From the IMG/VR virus record IMGVR_UViG_3300003323_001224, positions 1 through 64,000 of that record: DNA of 64,000 bases; one strand, 5' to 3'. The notes beneath the pieces are model-generated. The model saw only the letters and a program-made list of their open reading frames with translations, was not told the DNA's origin and made no database searches. Position numbers and translations under genes: made by a program. Positions 41,898 through 49,341 of this stretch are shown in pieces (position 1 is the stretch's first letter; every line of letters starts with the position of its first letter). Origin of the DNA: a virus.

Positions 41898-41972
41898 GTA
41901 GCGAGATCGGGAATCGAACCCGAGACCTTTGAGTTATGAATCCAATGCTCTTACCATCTGAGCTATCTCGCC
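41898..41972 (-). tRNA. tRNA-Met(CAT), elongator type
   Basis: GGCGAGATAGCTCAG...TT-CAT-AA...GGTTCGATTCCCGATCTCGCTA. Confidence 0.85.
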
Positions 41973-41995
41973 TTTAAATGCAAGATAGCAAAAAA

Positions 41996-43363
41996 TTAAA
42001 ATTTCCTTGAAAAATCATGCTCCATATTTCCTAGCATAAGGCCTAACCCATCCTTTAAATATTCTTCCGTCATGCTGGGTGTAGCATGCCCGCAGTATTG
42101 TTGGATAAGCGCAATAATAACCCCCCCCATGTACATATGGATGCAGCGGGTATGCTTCCAGGAATAATTAGTTAATTTAGGTGAAAATCCTCCAGGCTCC
42201 CGTACTTCATCCCTGAATTTGTCGCTAAAAAAAGCGCGATTCGTAGGGACCGGTCCCGGTGGCCCATCTATACCAAAGATGTAGTAGTGACCCGGACAAT
42301 CCTTTAAACCCATTCTGATAAAAAGTTCTATCAGTTCCGGTTCCATGTGAATGAATCTGCCGCGCCCCTTTTTTGCCTTTTCGTCGGGAATCATTAATTT
42401 ATTTCGACCCCAAAGAATATTTTCCACTTGTAAGTTACGTGTTTCCTTATCAGGCCGGGTGCCCGTGTAGTATATTACCTCACTAAAATCATGCAGGTAT
42501 TTTCCCCAATAAGGGACAGCCAGAATTGCCTTTTTCACAGCCGGTATGATACTATCTTCAAAAGGAGTATGCCTGATCTTAGTTCCCTTCCTCATCAACT
42601 CGACACCTTCAGCAGGGCTTTTGCTTATAATCTGTAGTTCGTCTTTACAATAATTAAAAAATGTAACAAACTTTTTTACCTTATCATTGTATGTCAAAGG
42701 CGCCCATTCCTTTTCCTCTCTCTTTGCCGCGAGAAAATCTTCCAGGTCATCTTGCGTGAAGGTCGCAATATCATCATACCACTGGCTTTCTTCCAATAGC
42801 GTATTTTTAGCTATATGCTTTTTCAACAAATTCAAGGGCACTGCATATGACTTTCGGTTCACTTCATCATAGTGTTGCAAAAAAAGCTCACTGGCCGCAT
42901 TCAAGGTAATGACCTGCTTTTTAGCTTTCTTTTCTGCCTCTTGTTCGGCTAAGATCCTATTATACTCGTCTATCTCATATTGGAATGGGCTGAAGCCATT
43001 CTCTAGCTCTTTAAGCATGGTGGCCAACAGCTGGAGCGCAAATTCAGGGTCCTGCGCGACTCCTTTGAAAACGCGAAAACGTTCCCATTCTCCCGGCGCA
43101 TTGTGTCGCTGTTGCAATACGGGCGGTAGCCCAGGAGGCACCTTAAAATAGTATTCAATATACTTTTTCTTCCCCTCAACGAGCTTGGGCGGTTTCCAGG
43201 TTATGTATTTTCCCGTTGACACTTTTTTGGCAATTTCCTTTGTCAAAAATACGAACTTTTTGATTTTCAGGTCTTTGTTTTTTTTAGGGTTGATCGCGTG
43301 TATCAACTCGGCATTTTCGACTTCCGGAGTATTGCTGATTTTCAGCGCTTTAGATTTTTGCAT
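41996..43363 (-). CDS. int: tyrosine recombinase/integrase
   Basis: Catalytic motifs YYTGTRP (R), YSWKHT and CGH..SMTEEY (Y); start at MQKSK. Confidence 0.9.
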   Translation of the reverse strand: MQKSKALKISNTPEVENAELIHAINPKKNKDLKIKKFVFLTKEIAKKVSTGKYITWKPPKLVEGKKKYIEYYFKVPPGLPPVLQQRHNAPGEWERFRVFKGVAQDPEFALQLLATMLKELENGFSPFQYEIDEYNRILAEQEAEKKAKKQVITLNAASELFLQHYDEVNRKSYAVPLNLLKKHIAKNTLLEESQWYDDIATFTQDDLEDFLAAKREEKEWAPLTYNDKVKKFVTFFNYCKDELQIISKSPAEGVELMRKGTKIRHTPFEDSIIPAVKKAILAVPYWGKYLHDFSEVIYYTGTRPDKETRNLQVENILWGRNKLMIPDEKAKKGRGRFIHMEPELIELFIRMGLKDCPGHYYIFGIDGPPGPVPTNRAFFSDKFRDEVREPGGFSPKLTNYSWKHTRCIHMYMGGVIIALIQQYCGHATPSMTEEYLKDGLGLMLGNMEHDFSRKF

Positions 43364-43471
43364 GGTGATCTTTTTTAGGCGATTTTGGCAATTTTTTGAC
43401 AATTTTTCTGAGCCAAATCTACATCGAATTCGCCATTTCTGCAATTAAATCCGGAGGATTTTACAATTAGG

Positions 43472-45740
43472 GTTGTGAATTCCTTTTAAAATTGAACGCT
43501 CAGTAACTAGAATACAAACTGATGTTCAACCTTTACTGTTGTAATTACATTTACAAAAAGTGCATTCAACATTGATACATATTACGGCAAGCAACATGAA
43601 TGTTGTGACTTCCTTTTCAAACATATTATTTAGGGAGGGCAATAAAATAAGATGGATTATAAAGCATTATAGTCGTACTATCCTTAGTACGCTACTAAGC
43701 TTGCGTTGTGACTTCCTTGTTCAGTGGTTCAATATCTTGCGATCTTCTCTAAAAAACAACAGTCAATGAGTGGCCAAAACTCTGGCAGTTGTGAATTCCT
43801 TTCAAAATGGATTTTCCTACAACCCAAGCTGCGTAGGTAAACCTTCCTGTTGTTGTGATTTCCTTTTAAATAGATGCAGCCTACAATTCCCCTTCAACTA
43901 ACTTTCAAAGCCATATAACCATTTTCTCGTTGTGATTTCCTTTTAAATAGATGCAGCCTACAACTGGTGAGTAGGTTGTTGTTTCCGAGGAGCAGTTGTG
44001 ACTTCCTTTCAAAATTAAGCTTCCTACAGCCAACCTCCTCTATCCTTATATTCCTGAGTTGTTGTGACTTCCTTTCAAAATTGAGCTTTCTACAACAAAT
44101 GCTTAAAATTGGATTCCATAGCCATAGTTGTGAATTCCTTTCAAAATTAAGCTTCCTACTACTGGACAGGGCCTGGGGTAACAGGACATAGGTTGTGATT
44201 TCCTTTCAAAATTAAGCTTCCTACAAAGTATAGCTTTTTGGATATTTTTCACGGTAGTTGTGACTTCCTTTCAAAGGAAAGGTTCTTGCAACTTTCATAG
44301 GTGGGGTTTACATTGTTATCGAGTTGCGACTTCATTTCAAAAATTGAGGTTGATACAAATGGCGCCCCTGGACAAGTTCTTTGTCACCGTTGTGACTTCC
44401 TTTCGAAATCAAGCTTTCTACAACCCTAGCCCACATAGGCACGGGATACCATTGGTTGTGACTTCCTTTCGAAATTAAGCTTTCTACAACTCATTAATCC
44501 TGCCTCCGCTTATCGTTCCTGTTGTGAATTCATTTCAAAATTAAGCTTCCTACAACAATTATGGCAAATATATATAACGACTCCTAAGTTGTGACTTCCT
44601 TTCAAAATTAAGCTTCCTACAACCCCTGGCGATTAACGTGACGTCCCATTAATGTTGTGACTTCCTTTCAAAATTAAGCTTCCTACAACCAAACAATGTC
44701 ATACTTTTATAATTAACTCGTTGTGACTTCCATTCAAAATTAAGCTTCCTACAACTAAGTTCACGAACATCATATGAAGATAGGAGTTGTGACTTCCTTT
44801 CAAAATTAAGCTTCCTACAACCAGCCGACGGGCGGCTATTTAAATAGGTTTGTTGTGACTTCCTTTGAAAATAAAGCTTCCTACAACAGTCAGCCCAATT
44901 ATAAGAGATACACCTATGTTGTGACTTCCTTTAAAAATAAAGCCTCCTACAACTTACCAAAACCAGTGACAACAACGGGACGTGTTGTGACTTCCTTTCA
45001 AAATTAAGCTTCCTACAACAATGTTCGATCATTCCTTTTTTGAAAGTACGTTGTGACTTCCTTATAAGCTTCCTACAACCGGCGCATGGCATGGGTACGC
45101 AAATGAAGTGTTGTGACTTCCTTTCAAAATTAAGCCTCCTACAACACATCAGCAGCGCAGATACCGGCAATTGCCGTTGTGACTTCCTTTCAAAATTAAG
45201 CTCCCTACAACAAAAATGAAAAAGGTTTACAATGTCTCGTAGTTGTGACTTCCTTTCAAAATAAAGCTTCCTACTACGGTCGATGTTTTGATAAGTCATC
45301 ACTCATAGTTGTGACTTCCTTTGAAAATAAAGCTTCCTACAACTGTTGTGAGCAACTACGTATAGGCGTGCTCTGTTGCGACTTCCTTTAAAAATAACCT
45401 TCCTACAACAGCGTGCCCAAGATCAGCTACGACGCCAATGTTGTGACTTCCTTTCAAAATTAAGCTTCCTGCAACCAGCAACCAATCCTCAATCATTGCT
45501 TTGAAGTTGTGACTTCCTTTCAAAAATAAGCTTCCTACAACAGGACCTGATAACAGGCCACACGACATTACGTTGTGAATTCCTTTCAAAATTAAGCTTC
45601 CTACAACCGAGATCCTTTTCACGTCAAACGACCAGCAGGTTGTGAATTCCTTTCAAAATTAAGCTTCCTACAACAGGCCCAGTCCGCTCCCGTCCGTCAG
45701 CCGCGTTGTGAATTCCTTTCAAAATTAAGCTTCCTACAAC
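43472..45740 (-). CRISPR. CRISPR array, ~34 repeats of 36 nt, ~30-nt spacers
   Basis: Plus-strand consensus GTTGTGA(C/A)TTCCTTTCAAAATTAAGCTTCCTACAAC with ~66-nt period. Repeats degenerate toward 43472, so the leader is on the right and transcription is on the minus strand. Confidence 0.97.
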
Positions 45741-45834
45741 CTGTTTCGCTAGAAAGCACACCTCTCCTGCATTACAGCCTATATTGTCACAATAAAAATG
45801 CGAAACATTCTCGAAAAAATGAGAATAATAAATT
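45741..45834 (-). promoter_or_regulatory. CRISPR leader
   Basis: Largely AT-rich non-coding stretch next to the most uniform repeats. Confidence 0.55.
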
Positions 45835-45915
45835 AAAAAAAGGATTCAGGAGTGCTTCACGGCCTCCCGCTCAGGACGTACAACCGCCCCCTAATATTTT
45901 CAAAGAACTTGATGA
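45835..45915 (-). ncRNA. candidate tracrRNA/scaffold
   Basis: Two hairpins, a GUUGUA loop and a UGAAUCCUUUU tail complementary to the repeat 3' end. Confidence 0.5.
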
Positions 45916-45919
45916 GATT

Positions 45920-47014
45920 TTATTGTATCAAAAGTTCAATCCCAAACTTTTTGCATTTGTATTGTATCATGTTTATCAATCCATGATACGACCAGTTTCT
46001 TAACAAGAACTGATTTTTTGGATCTTTCGCTTCCTCCTCTTTCTCCTTCTGATCAACGAGAATCAATTTGCCGCATCGATATGCGACGCACAAATCTACC
46101 AATTTCTTACTATAACTGTGCAATTTGGTCTGCACATAATGTCTTTCTTCTTCAGAGAAACGTTCAGTGGCTTGCAGCTTCCGTTTTCTACCTTTGCCTC
46201 CTTTGTTGAACCGAGCGGCTCTTTGCGCTCTTCTTAGTCCCTCTTGTATACTAATTCTACCGTATAAGAACTCATCTTTGGTCCCGATGGATAATTCCTT
46301 TCTATTTACTTTGGCCACAATAGGTACATCCAGGCTGAGAGAAGCTGTCATAGCAACGTCCACATCCAAAACTACTGGTTTTTTTTCAATTTCAAAGACT
46401 GCTAATAAAAAAATTTTCTTTTTCTTCAACTGTATAGAACTATCGCAAAGAGAATGTATGCCTTTCAAAGCTTCCTCCATCAGCAACCGGTTATTGCTAA
46501 AGTCATAACCGAAATGCGTTCGAAACGGAATGCCCCACACTTCAAATTTGTAATTTTCGCTGTCTTCAGATAAAGACCAATTGCGCATAAGAATAGTTGG
46601 CAGCGGCATTGGAATGTCTCGGCGATAGGTTCGCAAAGCGCGCTTTCCGGAAAAATATTCCTTCCGCTCCTTGCTAATGTTTGCTGTGACGAGGTTGTTT
46701 ATCGCAGAAACACTTGCCATTGGCGCCTCGCCCTTGAACTTTTTTGAATTTACCTGGTAGGTTGTATTGGGACGGCTCGTAGTTAATATCCCCTCTTCCG
46801 CTTTAATTCTATCCTTCAATGTGATTTTGAAATCATCATGAAGATAAAAGAATTCGGAAATATTTTCCTGAAAATATTGATGGGTGGCCGTGTGGTTAGC
46901 AGCCCTAAATATTATTTCATTCCATTTGCGCAATTTTGCATAATTATCTTTAAACTCTTTTTTATCAGAATCTATAAATAATTGAATTTTTCTTGTTATG
47001 ATATTTTTAGCCAT
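45920..47014 (-). CDS. cas12f: nuclease-dead Cas12f/TnpB-family RNA-guided protein
   Basis: ITRKIQL, GGKGRKRK, HSYSKKLVD..CGKL and LLRNWSY..IQYK..GI motifs. RuvC-I GxDLG is replaced by ASLSL, RuvC-II Glu by LILVDQ, and the protein ends before the zinc finger and RuvC-III. Confidence 0.8.
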   Translation of the reverse strand: MAKNIITRKIQLFIDSDKKEFKDNYAKLRKWNEIIFRAANHTATHQYFQENISEFFYLHDDFKITLKDRIKAEEGILTTSRPNTTYQVNSKKFKGEAPMASVSAINNLVTANISKERKEYFSGKRALRTYRRDIPMPLPTILMRNWSLSEDSENYKFEVWGIPFRTHFGYDFSNNRLLMEEALKGIHSLCDSSIQLKKKKIFLLAVFEIEKKPVVLDVDVAMTASLSLDVPIVAKVNRKELSIGTKDEFLYGRISIQEGLRRAQRAARFNKGGKGRKRKLQATERFSEEERHYVQTKLHSYSKKLVDLCVAYRCGKLILVDQKEKEEEAKDPKNQFLLRNWSYHGLINMIQYKCKKFGIELLIQ

Positions 47015-47106
47015 TAGGTATTATTTCGGGCAAAATATGCGAAATTAGTTACATTGGCAAATAAACTTCGATGTTAGCGGGGCAATTAAATAATTGAGAT
47101 AATCAT

Positions 47107-47872
47107 TCAATTTTTGTATTCTGAATTCGGCTTGACATCCTCCATCCCCATGAACTCATCAATAGGTTGGATAATGTATTTATCGTTGCTTATGATGTCG
47201 ATTAAAATAAGTGATTGACCCAATCGTTCTGATTTAAAATTGGTATGTCTTAGAGATCCCCTGATAGCACCCTGCGCTTCATTCAAATCCCAAAAGAAGA
47301 GACCTTTCCATATTCGGTGTGCATGCATAACAACAAATAGTTGTCCTCTTTTAGGCATTACTTTTTCTTTATTTCGATAGATTTCGGTCATCATTATTTC
47401 GTGGTTTTATTTGCTTCGTGTGCATTGTAAATAAATTTCACGGCTTCACCCGCGCATTTAATAAAATCGACATCAATAAATTTTTTGCCCATTGCGTGAA
47501 TTCTCCAGGTCGATTTTTTGCCAATTTGATATTTACCACTTCCTGGAGAACCATACTCCAATATAATCTTTAATCTATAAATATTGGCAACCGCTTCCAG
47601 CGCGGCAATTGCGTCTATTGCGGATGGACCTTTCATTAATTATCGCCGGCTTTTTCAATTTGATCATTCCATTTCACAAGCCCTGGCATGATCTGAGCCA
47701 AAGCATGGACGAGTTCTTTAGGATCTACTCCGGGTCCCAATACGACTCGATATTTGTCTTCGCCGAGTTCTTTCACAAGGCATAACATGGGCCATCCATT
47801 TGTTTGGTTGCACAATTCTTTTATGTTGCGCAAAATTTCGCTCGTCAGTTCTTTTCGTGTTTCTTCGGTCAT
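47107..47872 (-). CDS. three small coupled hypothetical ORFs (47107-47394, 47394-47636, 47636-47872)
   Basis: Overlapping stop and start codons. Confidence 0.5.
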
Positions 47873-47873
47873 A

Positions 47874-47944
47874 GGTGCGGTCGCCGGATTCGAACCGATC
47901 TTTAGGGTTATGAGCCCTATGTGCTGCCGTTACACTACCCCGCA
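47874..47944 (-). tRNA. tRNA-Met(CAT), initiator-like
   Basis: Anticodon arm TAGGG-CT-CAT-AA-CCCTA with three consecutive G-C pairs; TTCGAAT. Confidence 0.75.
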
Positions 47945-47952
47945 AAATTACA

Positions 47953-48025
47953 GTTCTCCCTACGGGATTCGAACCCGTGATGACGCCGTGAAAGGGCGCC
48001 GACTTAACCGCTTGTCGAAGGGAGC
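47953..48025 (-). tRNA. tRNA-Glu(TTC)
   Basis: Anticodon arm GCGCC-CT-TTC-AC-GGCGT; GGTTCGAATCC. Confidence 0.85.
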
Positions 48026-48026
48026 G

Positions 48027-48122
48027 GGTGCGGAGGGGAGGATACGAGCCCCCACGAAATTAACCTAGAATAAATTTCCATTCATTAGACTGAATGCCGT
48101 CTACCAGTTCCGGCACCTCCGC
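48027..48122 (-). tRNA. atypical tRNA-Leu-like gene with CTA in the anticodon loop (possible pseudo-tRNA)
   Basis: Acceptor GCGGAGG/CCTCCGC; D-loop GGAACTGGTAGAC; anticodon arm ATTCA-GTCTAA-TGAAT; T-loop CTCGTAT. Confidence 0.55.
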
Positions 48123-48138
48123 AAATCCAATACTTTAA

Positions 48139-48458
48139 AATAGGGGCAGGTCGTATCCTGCCTGCCCCCAATCATTGTTACGGTTTACAAGACCGCTGCT
48201 GATAATGAGTCAGCTGGCAAATTGAAGTTTTCAAACAGCCTAATGCTCATGCTGTCGTCTGACGATCTACCATCTGATCTACCCCCCCTCCGGGGCGGCT
48301 GCTCCGGAGGGGGGGACAGGACTCGAACCTGCGACTTTCAGATTACCGACTGCTTGACTTCAACAAGTGAAACTTAGCTTAAAGCTTTTGACGCAATGCT
48401 TACGCTCATATCTAGGATCTGTTTAAGCTGATGCTAAAGCTAAAGCTTTGTCAAAGAT
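48139..48458 (-). ncRNA. candidate ~320-nt structured RNA with a circularly permuted tRNA-like domain
   Basis: tRNA 3' half precedes the 5' half at 48251-48353; AGC hexamer repeats; terminal hairpin at 48143-48169. Confidence 0.65.
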
Positions 48459-49250
48459 TTATTTTCCGTGAATATATCCAAAGATCTTTTCAGCTGTTAG
48501 GCCAGACTGTACAACTTCAACTTCATTGGCTTTTGCCAAAGCCTCCCGCACTGACTCCTTAAGTTTACTAAGCCTATACAACATTGCCGCTCTATCGCGA
48601 TGGGAAATCTCACCGGAAAAATGCTGTACTGTCTGCATCCCCAAAACGACTTGCGTATCCTTAGAAGCTATTTGAGGCTTATAACCAGATCCATCCTTTA
48701 GCAGTTGAATATTTGGATCGGGGAGAATGTATGATTCCTTCAAGGTAGTTCTATTGGCACTTTCGAAAACTTCTGTTTCCCAAATATTTTCTGACTTCAT
48801 CTCGCTGTCGTTGGATCGCACCCATTTGATATCATCTCTCCGGACAGGTAGCGTTTCGTACATTTTTGATAATTCTTTCGAATCCAAAAATGACCGCAAG
48901 CGCAAAAGTTCAAGTGTCGTATACTTCCCCCAATCTTCGCCATCAACAATAAGATTGGCGGTCGCTTTGCCGGTGGCATTTGTCGCCTCAATGGCAAACA
49001 AATTTGTTATGTGATCGCCGCAGGTGTCCAGAAAATATTTGAGATACTCCGGCACTGAATTTTGTACCGGTTTGAATCCCCTTTTCGAAGGTTCATCTAA
49101 GTAATCGCCTTCTGCTTGATAAGTTTGCCGCACTCCCACGAAAATTTGGGACTTATGCTTATCAGCAAAAGTGGCTACATATTCCTTCAGCAATGCATTG
49201 TACTGAGTACCTGAATGTTCTGTTTTGGCAAGCAAAGCATTTTGTTTCAT
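48459..49250 (-). CDS. uncharacterised long helical-hairpin protein (possibly DUF7873-like)
   Basis: F.G..QTY, ATANLIVDG, LELLRLRSFL, ETLPVR, FSGEIS and ALAKANEVE motifs; start at MKQNALL. Confidence 0.6.
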   Translation of the reverse strand: MKQNALLAKTEHSGTQYNALLKEYVATFADKHKSQIFVGVRQTYQAEGDYLDEPSKRGFKPVQNSVPEYLKYFLDTCGDHITNLFAIEATNATGKATANLIVDGEDWGKYTTLELLRLRSFLDSKELSKMYETLPVRRDDIKWVRSNDSEMKSENIWETEVFESANRTTLKESYILPDPNIQLLKDGSGYKPQIASKDTQVVLGMQTVQHFSGEISHRDRAAMLYRLSKLKESVREALAKANEVEVVQSGLTAEKIFGYIHGK

Positions 49251-49267
49251 AATCCTTTTTTTTAATT

Positions 49268-49341
49268 GTTCCGCAACCACGGATCGAACGTGGCACTCCC
49301 TGCTTAAAAGGCAGGTGCTCTAACCACTGAGCTATTGCGGA
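49268..49341 (-). tRNA. tRNA-Lys(TTT)
   Basis: Anticodon arm CCTGC-CT-TTT-AA-GCAGG; GTTCGATCC. Confidence 0.85.

Noticed and set aside
44360-44388. Spacer similarity to portal LDKFF near 28152
   Set aside because: About 16/29 identity and opposite polarity to the two good hits
45278-45307. Spacer encoding MTYQNID, resembling the ring-protein N-terminus (12686) or the FQNID segment near 13054
   Set aside because: Only about 13 contiguous nt of identity; could be chance
43560-45622. ORFs called within the CRISPR array (e.g. 43967-44191, 44931-45302, 45356-45622)
   Set aside because: Artefacts of translating the 66-nt repeat period
43472-45740. Array serving a host Cas13b
   Set aside because: Both identifiable guides are mRNA-sense and the terminal repeat stem is often broken; disfavoured but not excluded
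45920-47014. Reading as an IS200/IS605 TnpB transposon or an active Cas12f nuclease
   Set aside because: No tnpA or IS ends seen, catalytic residues and C-terminal RuvC-III/zinc finger are absent, and a true array is adjacent
48170-48220. tRNA-Thr(TGT)-like arm CGGT-CTTGTAA-ACCG on the minus strand
   Set aside because: No T-arm or matching acceptor stem; treated as part of the larger candidate ncRNA
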